NCBI GenBank assembly: GCA_030390025.1
Contig: CM059432.1
Span: 30,010,001-30,074,000 of the forward strand
Reading direction: 5' to 3'
From: Squalus acanthias
Lineage: Eukaryota
Length of the DNA stretch: 64,000 nucleotides
Part shown: positions 40,598 to 52,996 of the stretch, piece by piece
How the letters are laid out: the number at the start of each line of letters is the position of its first letter
Numbering within the stretch: the first letter of the stretch is position 1
Notes under the pieces: model-generated
The model's input: the letters and a program-made list of their open reading frames with translations, nothing else
The model's database searches: none
Told to the model about the DNA's origin: nothing
Position numbers and translations under genes: made by a program

Positions 40598-41261
40598 CAA
40601 TGTTCCCTCTAATTTTGTTTTGGCCCGCGTGGCCCCTTTAACAGGCTGCGCGGGCTGTTCAAAATAAGAACATAAGAAATAAGAGCAGGAGTAGGCCATA
40701 CGGCCCCTCGTGCTTGCTCCGCCATTCAATAAGATCATGGCTGATCGACCTCAACTCCACTTTCCTGCACTATCCCCATATCCCTTGATTCCCCTAGAGT
40801 CCAAAAATCTATCTATCTCAGCCTTGAATATACTCAAAGACTCAGCATTCACAGCCCTCTGGGGCAGAGAATTCCAAAGATTCACAACCCTCTGAGTGAA
40901 GAAATTCCTCCTCATCTCAGTCTTAAATGGCCTACCCCTTACCCTGAGACTATGCCCCCTAGTTCTAGACACTCCAACCAGGGGAAACAACCTCTCAGCA
41001 TCTACCCTGTCAATCCCCTTCAGAATCTTGTATGTTTCAATGAAATCACCTCTCATTCTTCTAAACTCCAGAGTGTACAGGCCCAATCTACACAATCTCT
41101 CATCATAGGACAGCCCTCTCATCCCAGGAATCAATCTAGTGAACCTTCACTGCACCGCCTCTAATTCCGTGCATGCGCGGTTTTTCTATTTTAAAGCCTG
41201 CTTAAGGGCTGGGAGGGAACTGCTGAGCGGTGAGCAGCCGCGCAGCTTAAAGGGAACGTTG
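40598..41261. mobile_element. hAT-type MITE
   Basis: TIR caatgttccctctaa...ttaaagggaacgttg; perfect 8-bp TSD gttcccac (40590-40597, 41262-41269). Confidence 0.9.
40665..41160 (-). mobile_element. CR1/HER1 3' fragment nested in the hAT MITE
   Basis: 127-aa intact ORF2 C-terminus and tail. Confidence 0.95.
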
Positions 41262-41321
41262 GTTCCCACTCCTGATTGCTATCCAGTGACTGCTGATGGA
41301 AGCGTGTGTGAGTGTGTGTGA

Positions 41322-41680
41322 ATCATAGAATCATGGAATGATATAGCACAGAAGGAGGCCATTCGGCCCATCGTGCTTGTGCCAGCTCTCTGGTAGAGTT
41401 ATCCAATTGTTCCCACTCCCCTGCTCTTTCCCCACAGCCCTGTAATTTTTTTCCCTTCCAGTATTTATCAAATTCCCTTTGAAAGTTACTATCGAATCTG
41501 GTTCTACCACCCTTTCAGTCAGTGCATTCCAGATCAAATCAACTCTAAATTTTTTCCCCCTCCTCTCACCTCTGGTTCTTTTGTCAATTACCTTAAATCT
41601 GTGTCCTCTGCTTATCGACCCTTCTGCCACAGGAAACAGCTTCTCCTTATTTACTTTATCAAAACCGTTCATGATTTAAA
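41322..41680 (-). mobile_element. CR1 3' fragment
   Basis: GFDKVNKEKLFP..RGHRFKVI..WNAL; attctatg tail. Confidence 0.85.
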
Positions 41681-43649
41681 TGTTGAGTGAGGACAGGATT
41701 GGGCTTGATGGTGATACCCCATACCATCAGGATTTATAAATGAATAACCACTCGAATGAGGTACTGGAGGAGACTGGCTCCTGTGGAATTGCAGCTGAGC
41801 AATAAATCAACACCTCCAGGAATAGGGAAGGGAGAAAATTTGCCAAGAAAACAATTTCCTGATAGCTGCTCATCTTACTATGATAATTTGGCACCCTCAG
41901 TATCTGGCTGGGTTAAGTACTATGAAGGGCCAGTACTTGCTTGGTTAGGCTTGTCTAAAGCCCGTCATTAGAAATTGAATGTTCCATTAAAAGCACTTGT
42001 ACATATGGTTAAGGTGTAAGCCTGGGGAATGCCACTTTCCTATATTTGGTACCAGCCTCCGTATGGGACAGCTCTGGAATCAGAAACCAGCTTAATTGTG
42101 TATACTTCAGCGGGCAGTACCGTTCTGTAGACTGCGTGCGCACAAATTACCGGCACTGTGGCATTCGTAACTGACACCAGAATACAAGCGCTCTCAATCT
42201 GACTCAGAACATTTACTGGGTCATCCAAGGAGCTCCAGAAACGGACGGCAACAGGTGACCTAGCAAAAACCGAGTCTCTACCGACGCTAGATCTGGGAAG
42301 ACTGGGGAGTTTACCTTCAGTAGTGGCGCTGGTGGAGCGGGATCTGCTCGTTGGCAATGACTAGCTCAGTGCAAGAGAACCTCAATGTGACAATTATTGT
42401 TTATAAAAGGCTCCAATTCCGCAGTGGCACATATCACTCTAACCAAGCACTCACATTTTTATTACCAACAACATTCTGAGCTCCCCTGTTATCAGCCAAC
42501 AACACACCACAAGCCACCGAGGTCAAGGCTAATGACTAATCGATCTCATTAGATTCCCCTAATTAAGAACATTATTGTAGCAAGAGTGGAAGAGCAATAC
42601 CGTGCTAGTGTTATTTGAACATGTTATGAACACTATTCATCATGACGAAAAAAAAGATCTGTGGTCCATAAGTGGGCAAGAGAAAAACTGCTGAAACCGC
42701 ACATTGAGAGCAGTATCCAACCCACAGGCTGTTGCTTATAAAGCTGCACTGCTGTCATCACCAGACTGACGCGGCCCTCGTGACTCTGACAGATGCATAC
42801 AGAAAGTTCAGCTAAATAATCACCACCCCGGATAGGGGATTAAGCATCCAATGGTCCAAGCTCTGTGGTCCTTTGCTCTCTGGGGCCCCGAATGACATGA
42901 TCCATCCAAATTATTCACCATTTGAATGAGAGTTAAAAATTATGGAGCTAGAAGCAAGATGGAAGGCAGAAGGAACTTTTTCACCCAAGTACATTTGTCG
43001 AATATAGTGGCAGGTAAAGCCACTGAAGCAGACATAAATAAAGAAAGATGATCAAGAGGCAATTAGGTCTGTTTTGGAGAAACAGTGATTGAAAGATACA
43101 GTGGGTAGCTGGGGTTGAGTGCTATCAAAAGGGGACAAGTTTATTCTGCCTAGGGGCCTTTTCCTATTCCTAAAAACGTTTGTACTCTAAATCCACGGGA
43201 AATGCAACGTAATTGTGCCTTTTTCAAATTGCAGGAAAAATTTAACTGATCTGCTTACAATAATAACAAATACAGATCTAAAGCACAGATAAACGAAGAG
43301 AAAGAATACAGGGTAATTTATTGAAATATTAAAATGGAAGTAGGGAGAGAGAGGGAAGAACAAGGATTAGAGTATACTGCCTAGACAGCATAAAGCCTTT
43401 TGCCATTCGACTGAAGGGATGAGAGTCTTCTCCGCCTGAAAGGGTGCTTTGCGAAATTACTTTGCTCAGTCTCAACCCATTTCCTCAGGGGCAAGGGTTT
43501 ACAGCACAAAACTGTTCACAATTTGGCATCCTCACTCAGACAGGCCGATGGAACGGTCACATTCCACAGTTACTGTAAGCAGATCAATTCGGTTTTCCTG
43601 CAGTTTGAAAAAGCCTCAATTATGCTGCATTTCTCGTGGATTTGGTATA

Positions 43650-44341
43650 TAAGTATTTTTAGGAATAGGAAATAGCCACTAGGTCTAACAAACCTGTCTC
43701 TTTCTGAAGTTGAGGGGGGTAAAGCACATTATTGAGGTAGAGGAAAACAAGAGCTATACGCTGCACACACACTATGGCTTTACTGTCCTTTCTGTTCAAA
43801 GCTGCATGCAGTACTTAACTGTGGCATAACCAATGTTTTGTATAAATTCATAATTACTTCTTTACTCTTGTACTCTATGCGCCAATTTATAAAACCCGAA
43901 ATGCCATTGGCCTTTTAATGGTTTTATCTACCTGTAGGGAATTATGTACTTGAACCCCTAGGTCTCTGTGTTTATCCACATCCTCCAGTGCCTTTACATT
44001 AAGTGTATACTCCCATTATTTGTTTTGCTCCTAAAATGTAACACCTCACACTTATCCACATTAAATTACAAGTGGATAAGCGTGAGGCAATACATCTTGG
44101 GGGACACCGACCGGTCTGCCCATTCTACTAACCTATTTGTCTTCCAGAAGTTTTTTTTACAGTCCTCCTCACTGTTTACCAAACCTCCTACTTTGTGTCA
44201 TTAAGAAATTTCAAGATTGTGCTCCCTATATCCAACCATGAAACATCTAAATATACCATGAACAAAAGTGGACCAGGCACTAAGCCCTGGGGTAAAATAT
44301 TCATCCAGTCCAAGCTATACCCATTTACCATAATTCTTTAC
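43650..44341 (-). mobile_element. Old CR1 remnant (host of the Penelope-like insertion)
   Basis: Degenerate RT-region sequence; 3' end is an inverted match to about 43130-43180. Confidence 0.5.
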
Positions 44342-44441
44342 AATAGCAAAATACTGCGGATGCTGAAATCCGAAATAACAACAGAAAACGCTGGAAAAAC
44401 TCAGCAGGCCAGGCAGCATCCGTGGAGAGAGAGAGAAACAG

Positions 44442-44478
44442 AGTTAACGTTTCAGGTCGAAGACCTTTCGTCAGAACT
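44442..44478 (-). ncRNA. Minimal type I hammerhead ribozyme motif (host sense strand)
   Basis: AGUU-CUGACGA-A-AGGUC-uuc-GACCU-GAAAC-GUU-AACU. Confidence 0.7.
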
Positions 44479-44848
44479 GGAAAAAAGCAGGAAATGGAAT
44501 AGATTTTAAAGCAAGTTTAGGGGCTGGGAAAAGGGGGAGGGGATGAAAGAACAAAAGGGAAGGTCAGTGATAGGATAGAAAGCAGGAGAGATTAAGAGAC
44601 ATTGAGAGACATTAAGAGATATTCAAGGCAAGAGGAGGTGGTAATGGGACAGGTTAAGGAACAAAGGATGGCTCTAGATGAAGTGTGAATTGGGCTGGCA
44701 GAATGAAGGACAGCTGCCAGCTTCTGGGAGGGAAGACAAAAAGGGCCAAACAAAAAGTGTGGATAAAAAAAAATGTTCTTTCATCCCCTCCCCCTTTTCC
44801 CAGCCCCTAAACTTGCTTTAAAATCTATTCCATTTCCTGCTTTTTTCC

Positions 44849-44885
44849 AGTTCTGACGAAAGGTCTTCGACCTGAAACGTTAACT
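44849..44885 (+). ncRNA. Minimal type I hammerhead ribozyme motif
   Basis: agtt ctgacga a aggtc ttc gacct gaaac gtt aact: CUGAnGA and GAAA cores, stem II, stem I AGUU/AACU, palindromic AACGUU. Confidence 0.7.
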
Positions 44886-45029
44886 CTGTTTCTCTCTCCA
44901 CGGATGCTGCCTGGCCTGCTGAGCTTTTCCAGCGTTTTCTGTTGTTGTTTACCATAATTCTTTACTCGTTGTTTGTCAACCAATACCAATGCTGCTACAT
45001 TTCCTCTTGCATCATATGCTGAAGTTTTA

Positions 45030-45465
45030 TCAGCCTTGGTTCAGGGTTAACACTCTTGCCGCGGAGTCAGAAGGTTGTGGGTTCAAGTCCCACTCTAAAG
45101 ATGAGCACATAACCTAGGCTAGCACTACAGCTCAGCATTGAGGGAGTGCTGCACTATCGGAGGTGCCGTCTTTGAGATGAGACGTTAAACCGAGGTTCCG
45201 TCTGCCCTCACAAGCGAATGTAAAAGATCCCATGGCACTATTCTACTGGTGTCCTGGCCAATATTTATCCCTCAACCAATATCACTGAAACAGCTCATCT
45301 GGCCATTTATTTCATTGCTGTTTCTGGAACCTTGCAGTGTGTAAATTGGCTGCCACATTTCCTAGATTACAACAGCGACTACTCTTCAAACGTACTTTAT
45401 TAGTTGTGAAGTGCTTTTGGACATCCTGAAGTCGTGAAAATATATAAATGCAATTTCTTTCTTTA
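45030..45465 (+). mobile_element. Deu-domain tRNA SINE (SacSINE1-like), near full length
   Basis: A/B-box head (ggttcaagtccc), Deu core, L2-like tail. Confidence 0.85.
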
Positions 45466-46106
45466 CCTATCCAATTGGTCACTTCTTCAAAACTCAATTT
45501 CTAACATGGTTAAGTAAAGCTAGAGAAAGCTTCAACAGCACAGCGTCAACAGGTCTCAGCTGGTAGCACTCTCGCCACTGGATCAGAAGGTTGCGGGTGT
45601 GATCGCACAATTTAGGCTGACATTCCACTGCAGTACCGAGGAACTATCCGAGGTACTGTCTTTTTGATGAGATGTTAAACCAAGATCCTGCGAACATATA
45701 AAATCCAATAAACGGAAATTCTTCATCCAAATCTATTTAAATCTCTAATCTGACAACACAACATATTGTGCAATATTCTTATATGTAAAAGTATCATTTT
45801 TACCTAATATTTCAGTATGACGTCATCAGTCTGTTCAGAAAGGTTTTAAAACCTTGTAAAATAAATTTACTGAGGGGGGGGGGGGAAGAAAGACACAATA
45901 ACCAATGGTGAGTTTTTACTGTTCTGCCATCAAGCTTTAATATATTTTATTTGCTACTCTTGTAACTACCCCTCTCATGAGAGAAGGCAAGCAGGTGGCC
46001 TGCTTCCAGTCGCTGCCAATATTGCTCTCCAAATGACCACAAAGAGGTGTTTGAATAGTCCAGGGGTCACTTATTCGCTGACTCTACTCTATTCTCCTCT
46101 CCCCCA

Positions 46107-46107
<1 letters not shown>

Positions 46108-46142
<35 letters not shown>
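46108..46142. repeat. (CA)n microsatellite
   Basis: About 17 CA units. Confidence 0.95.
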
Positions 46143-46146
<4 letters not shown>

Positions 46147-47639
46147 AGCCCAACCATGGTGGGCAGCCTCCCACATCACAAAATCTACACACTCCCCCAC
46201 AGTGCAGCTGCGCAGGAACACTAACTCTTTGCATTCTAAATGGAAACACAAGTGAACTGGACTTTTTCAGTCAACAGAGCAGGTACAGGAAAGGGTTAAA
46301 TTCACAGAAAGCTGATACCTAATTCACCAGCCGCCCATTAATGCAGTAACACATTTCCAGTCCAGAGAGATGATAAATAGGTGCTGTCAAAAAGCCATGT
46401 ACAGTACGGCACAGAACCCATGTAACTCTGCTTTTCAACTCTCCTTCCTGTTATACGCCACTTAATGGCAATACAGTTGGACAAGACAAAGCCACTTGGA
46501 GCACCTGTCAGAGACCTATTAAGGGGAAGATTGAGATCCTACTACATTCAAACTTACTGAAGCAACGCAACGGTTCTGGTTTTTGATAATTATTGCTAGA
46601 GATCAATCGATCGGTCTGTGACATTTTACCTATCTGCACAAAATGGTAGTGCTTTGCAGTCTGACAGTCGCAATAGATTATCTTGCAGTGGTAAGCCTGT
46701 GTTATCGTGAGCCTGTGTTATCGTGAGCGGGGGGAAGGGGCCACTGCAAACTCAAAATGGATGGACAGCGAAACAACACGGATCTTTCATTGTGCTGACA
46801 TCACAACTTAATCGTGGAGTTGTGGTTAGTTGTTTGGCAGCCATTTGGCAGAGTGGCAGCTTTCTGATCCATTGCACGCCACATCTATGCGTGCCATGCG
46901 TGCGGTCCTTGGTGCTGAGCAGCATCCGCTGTCAGCGGGATGTCAGTCTGTCGTGATATACGATGGGTTTCATATCACCATTCACATGAAGCTGTATGAA
47001 ATTCATGTGCCTGAAATTCATCCTGCGACATGTACAAAAATTGTCCCATAGTGACCATCACCCATCTGTCATCGTCACTGCTGTGACGCGACAAGTGGTT
47101 CGATAACTTGTTAGCAGGAAAGACGGGTCAGTCAGATCACAGCTTTTTGGCCACAAGTTTCTCTGGCAAAAATCACGTTTTAAATTTGGAACCTCTGAAT
47201 CTTGACCACTCAAACAGGGAGGTCCAGTACTCTCAGCAACCCCCTTTGTGAATAAAGTCACTAACTATGATTGACTTCAATGCCTTTTTTCTTGTGCGTG
47301 CTGTTATTTTTCTCTATACAGAATTTGTTCATCAAGGGCACAAGGCTGGAGGAATAACAAGGCTCAACAGTGCGATGGAGATGAATTATCACTACATGTA
47401 GTTATTAACCCAGGAGGGATTTCAGAGATCCTGTTGCTTTAACTATGTGTTGTCAATTCCACTTATTTGAACTAGCAAGTTCAGCAAATTCACGACAATT
47501 TTCGCCCCCATTATTTAAGGGGCAGCAAAGTTTGTGCGTGGCTGGGGTGCAAAGTACTTGCAATTTGAAGCAGTCTATCTCTACGTCAAACCTAGGTTAT
47601 GTGCAATAAAAATGTTTTTTTTTTAATTGTACCTTGCAA

Positions 47640-48585
47640 GAAAAAAAACATACATACATATATCATATTTCATGTCCTCAGGTTTTCCCAACACACTGCA
47701 CAGTGAATGAATTATTTTTTTTGAAGTGTAGTCACTGTCGCAATGTAGGCAAACGTCACTGCAAATTTGCGCACAACAAATGAGATAAATCACCAGTTAA
47801 TCTGTCCTTGGTTGAGGGACAAATGTTGGCCAGGAAACTGGGAGAATATTCCTGCTCTTCTTCACATAGTGCCGTGGGATCTTTTACATCCAAATGAACT
47901 TATGGAAGGGGTTTCAGTTTAAGGTCTCATCTGAAATACAGCTCCTCTGACAATCCAGTACTGCACTAAATTGTCAGCCTAGATTATGTGATCAAGTCTT
48001 GGGCTTGAACCCACAATCCTCTGGCTCTGAATCCGAGTGCTACCAACTGCACCAAGTTAACACAGATGTTTTTAGTTTAAAGATTTCCTCCTTGTGGACA
48101 TTAAAAAAAAGAAAGCCTTGCATTTATATAGCACCTTATATGACCTCATAACATCCCAAAGTGCTTTACAGCCAATTAAGTACTTTTGAAGTGTAGTCAC
48201 TGTTGCAATGTAGGAAATACAGCAACCAATTTGAACACAGCAAGCTCCCACAAAGAGCAATGAAATAAATGACCAGATCATGTGTTTTTAGGTGTTGGCT
48301 GAGGGAGAAATATTGTCCAGGACATCAGGGAGAATGCCCCTGCTCTTCTTCAAAATAGTGGCGTGGGATCTTTCACGTCTACCCGAGAGGATGAATTTCA
48401 AGCACGTGAATTTCGTACAGCTTCATGTGAATAGTGATGTGAACCCCATCATCCAAAAGATGGTACCTCAGACAGAGCAGCACTCCCTCAGTACTGCACT
48501 GGAGTGTCAGTCTCTGGAGTGGGACTTGAAACCACAACCTTCTGACTCTGAGATTAGAGTGCTATTCTTCAGCTAAGGCTCAAAG
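47640..48585 (-). mobile_element. Two tandem Deu-domain SINEs (about 47640-48060 and 48105-48585)
   Basis: Each has tail, Deu core and tRNA head in reverse complement. Confidence 0.8.
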
Positions 48586-48911
48586 TAACTCCATTTCAAG
48601 AGTTGGTTCCATCCCTTCCTCAGTACCACCCCCAACGGTTCATGAAAATTATTCACTGAATCAATTTCAGGTCTAAAAACACCAGTAAACTACTGATTCG
48701 AACACTGCATTTTTACTTAAAATAACAGCAGAATCTTGATGCAAATTAAGTTTTATTCCCCCCTCCAAAAAAAATTTGAGCATACATTTGCTCCAGTTAA
48801 TGCATTTGCTCCAGTTAAATGCACAGTCAGGCTATTTGGACAAGTTACCCCTTAGAAGAGCTTGTGCCTATGGTATTAGTGCTTGGGAGGGAGAGTGGGG
48901 AAGCCTACAAT

Positions 48912-49663
48912 GGCCCGGAATTTGCCAGTGGGCAGCGTTTGTCATCATTTCGCCTTTGAAACTGACTGCAACTCGGGATTTGGTGCAGGCGGAAATTCCG
49001 AAGTTGCGGTCAGTCGTTGACAGCTCCGAAACAGGCTGCGCTGTGCACCCCCCACCACCCCACCGAGCCGACAATTTGTGTAATCACTCAAATCATTGAA
49101 ACGGACGAAAACTTCGGCTCTTCCACAGTAAGTACGCTGTTAAATTCCCCACTAAAAGTTAGACCAAAGGGATTAGGAGTAACTAGGGTTTTGACAGCAT
49201 TATTACTGCTAAACAAATGTTAAGGGCCTGGAAAACTAATTTTAATTTTGTGCAGCGTGAAATTTGTCCATTTTAATAAAAATTTAAATGAAGAAACTTT
49301 TCAAAAAATGTTTAATTTTTAAAATAAAGTTTGTCCATCTTTATTTCAAGTTTCCCTTTTCCCCATGCGAGAGCCCCATCTTTGTTTTGCTCGCTAAATT
49401 TTTTTAAAAGTTCAAATTTTAAGAGCTTACTTACTTCCTTGTTCGCTGTTTGTGAGAATTCTACGTTTTGACTGGCTGCTTAGACAGCCTGTTGACGTCA
49501 CAGCAGTTCGTACAAAGGAATCCCCACTAACTTCCGTTGATTTGAATTGAAGGTCGGAAAACCCAAAGTTCTCGACACAGTGATCGCGAGATCCTTGTGC
49601 CAAGCGTACTTCGGGGCCAGCAGTGAACACCTTCGCTTCGCTGCTGACCATAAATTCCAGGCC
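48912..49663. mobile_element. MITE with GC-rich arms and AT-rich centre
   Basis: TIR ggcccggaattt...aaattccaggcc (11/12 match). Confidence 0.75.
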
Positions 49664-50780
49664 TAAATGTCAATGAGCTGGGACTACCAGAGTTGTCTGT
49701 CACTCAAACTTTCCTACCTTAATTGGACAGGTTTTGCTGGTGCACAAGCAGTCAAGTCTTTTTTTTTGGGAGGAAGGTGTGTACTGAGGGATTCCTGCCT
49801 GCTTACGAGACCAGTTAAGTGCTAAGGCAACAGCAGTTGTGAAGCAGCCTTTGGACAGAACAGCCCACCATCTCAACATACGCATATGTAGTAAAACTTT
49901 ACAACCGGTCATCCTTATTCCTGCTCTTGCAACTCCTAGAGGGGAGAAAAACAAGGAACACGCTGCTCCTCATCAGCAAACGGCTGAAGCTTGCTTGAGC
50001 CTTTCTGGTATCTGGATCATTTTCATCTCCGTGAACTTGATACTATGCAACACTTTATACCGCCCTTGGGTGTGCACGATACCACTGCAGCCGTTGTCAG
50101 AAACTCTCGCTCTATCTAGGGCACATCTTCGGGAGCACCACAGGCCTTTCAGAACGATGGCCTAAAATGGTTCAAGCATGTTGCCAAATAGTCTCCTGCT
50201 ATGATATGCTGCCCAGCACATTTAAAAACAGCATTCCAGCTAATCAGGAGAGCCTTGTATACCTGGGGTGATCTCAATACTCCATAGCTGCCAACATGTG
50301 TCAAATTGCTTCATGCCCAAATTGAGATCTGATTCATTTTTTTTGTTAATTGGGAAAAGCCGCGTATAAATCCAACCAAAGCAGAGACTTCAGATTCACT
50401 CAGAATTTGACTACTTGCTCAGGTTTTCTTTCAGAGATAGCAGAGGACTGGGCAGCATGTAAATCCAAACAAGTTATGCAATTTATTAAGTTTTGTTATG
50501 CAGTGGTAGTAAAAATGACAGATGCCAGAGTAAGTCGACAGGTAACTGCTCACTGATCCGTAAAACCAGAAAGGTCTACTGCAGTGTTGTTCTATCTTTT
50601 CGTCAAGGGCCATCCCAATCCTTATTTTGCTAACTTTGCTGGATAGCAAGAAAAGGGGGAACCGACTCCCTGTTTGGACAGTATCCTACAGCAATCAAAA
50701 AAGGCACAGAGGCGCATGCAGCAACAACCATGCTAGTGGCCACAGGGGAGGGAGAGGCACGGCAAATTGTCCCAACTACT

Positions 50781-51055
50781 AAAGGGGGAGGGAATGAAAG
50801 AACAAAAGGGAAGGTCAGTGGTAGGATAGAAGGCAGGAGAGATTAAGAGACATTAAGAGATAATCAAGGCAAGAGGAGGTGGTAATGTGACAGGTTGAGG
50901 CTAGATGAAGTGTGAAATGCGCTGGCAGAATGAAGGACAGCTACCAGCTTCTGGGAGGGAAGAAAAAAAGGCCCAACAAAAGGGTGGATGAAAAAATAAA
51001 AGAATATATATATGTGTGATAGGGGCCGGGGTTATGATCTGAAATTGTTGAACTC
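50781..51055 (-). mobile_element. Penelope-like fragment: ORF end plus 3' region
   Basis: Matches 44530-44770 and extends into ...EFNNFRS*, which I recognise as a typical fish/shark PLE ORF terminus. Confidence 0.7.
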
Positions 51056-52742
51056 TAAGACTTTTGAGCAGTGGTAATACGAATAAAGTTTCACGCAACA
51101 GACTTGTAGAGAGACTCTCCTCCCTGAGAGGAGATACTCTGCATTCTCTTGAAAAAGCAGACTGTTGGAGAGGTTGATACAGTAGTGTATCAGATAGCTC
51201 CATCTTCGGATGGCTGCCATTGAAGGGGCTGAAATGGACATCCTGCTTGGTCCTGGATGGTAATCCGGCCATCCTTGGATACACCTTAAAAAGTTCACCA
51301 CCCGTCGAGGCTCAAATACCACCAAATGTTGAATGCTTTAATTGCATTCAGGAGCTGAGGCCTTCGTGTGATGCTGTGAATACACGGTTCCCTATACAGC
51401 CTCAGAGCAGCCTACCCAATAATAAATGGAAAAAAAGTAGTTATTCCACTTTGTAAAAATTCCAACTCAGTAGCCCCCTATTGGATGGCATTCTACCTGT
51501 ACAATGAGTGTGTCCTCACCTAATATCCACACATGCATATATTTCCAGTGTGAATTACCATGTAGTGATCAGCAGTAGGAATTCCATGGATACCGTATCT
51601 TGCTGTAAAGCCCATGGCTCATTAAGATCAGAACACAGATTCAAGCTGGGATCTCCCTGGTTGGCATGGCTCAATGTCAGATCAGATTTCACATTTTATA
51701 CAATTCAATTAAGTGTATAAAGAACTCTGCGCTGCACAATATTCACTGGGATCAAAGACAGGTGGAGAGGTTACTCTTGACCTAAGCTTTAGGGTTAACA
51801 CCAGGGCAGGAGGAACTAATGCTCCACAGCTTTCTTTCCTTGTTGTGGAAGAACCCTCTGTTTTCCCACGGACAATATGTCAGTATGGGAACAACTACCC
51901 CTCCACCCCCCCCCCCAGCAATCCTACCTCCCTTTCACATGGCACAACATGCCAAGAGTTCTAGTGCCCCATGTAAATTTATCATTTTTGTTATTGCTTT
52001 GATTTGGTCCAGAAGTGTCACCATGTTCTTATAGTGAAACAACTTGACATGCAGCTTCCCATATGCCACCTTCTAGTGCTTAAGTTCTTCATGTGTATGG
52101 GATCCGATTCATTTTTTGTCAATCAACCAATGCCCACAGAGACTAATTAAATGAGTTTGCAGCTGTTTTGGAAAGTGTTTTTTGTTGGTCACAAAAGTTA
52201 ACGTGTGCTGTCTGTGTTCCCTCCCTCCTAATCCTGAAACATTAGTAGACTCTGCTCAGCGTCTCTAGTCAAAGATGAATCGGATCCCATACCCATGAAG
52301 AGCTTCAACACTGGACGCTTGCTATTCTGGCAGAGTGGAAAAGTTCACACACAAAGATTCATCAGAGTTATTCACTGATTGTACTTGGACCACCCTCTGG
52401 GAAGGCATCTTATTACCAGCCACAAATAGAGACATAAGAACCTAAGAATTAGAAGCATGAGTAGACCATACGGCCCCGAGATGGTCACATCAGGAAGGCT
52501 GCCACGGAGGTTAGATACCCTGCATTAAGCATGCAGAAGAAGAATAGACTGATCTGTGCTGCATTTTATGGAGCTGCATACTGTTAAATAAACAGCAATT
52601 GACTTAAGTTCGGAGACCCAGATTAGGAGATCTTCATGGAGCTGGGACACTGATGTTACATTTCAATCAGATCACAATTGAATACAATGGAAATGCATAT
52701 TGGCACAACCGTGCTTAAGTTGGGCGATGCTACGCTTTTAAT

Positions 52743-52996
52743 GGGCCAGAAATTCAGGTCTCCACGGGTCTTCCTGAAGATTCCCTGCTCCGATTGGCTC
52801 TTCATGGCCCACGTGATCCCAGGGGACGCTTCGAACTAGTTGCGCCGCTGGGATACGCGAGCACTGCGCGCCGGCAGCTGGAGGCGGCCCAGGAGCTGAA
52901 TTCCACGCGGGCCCACAGCACAACGGCAGGCGCGGTATCCAAATGCAGGTCGGGGGCTTGCACCCGCGGGAAGCCCCCGACCCGAATTTCTGGCCC
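52743..52996. mobile_element. Short GC-rich MITE
   Basis: Perfect TIR gggccagaaattc...gaatttctggccc; shares ctgggatacgcgagc and gagctgaa motifs with 1440-1530. Confidence 0.8.

Larger units (their letters stand above)
40470..41840 (+). mobile_element. LF-SINE-like element split by a hAT MITE and CR1 insertions
   Basis: ctacaattgacctcagcacccgggctagggagggg..agccagggttcccac|tcctgattgctatccagtgac..|gtgaggacaggattgggctt. Confidence 0.7.
44342..44947 (-). mobile_element. Penelope-like element (PLE), 5'-truncated, with inverted pseudo-LTRs
   Basis: Inverted arms 44377-44553 and 44774-44946 (1 mismatch plus a 4-bp GA indel), about 35-nt tail on one arm only, perfect 18-bp TSD tttaccataattctttac. 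Confidence 0.85.

Noticed and set aside
49718..49935. Exon-like segment on - (acceptor cttgtttttctcccctctag, donor gtagga) as the upstream ZC3H3 exon
   Set aside because: The only open frame ends in phase 0, incompatible with the phase-1 exon at 39410, and the peptide does not resemble ZC3H3. At most a cryptic or poison exon.
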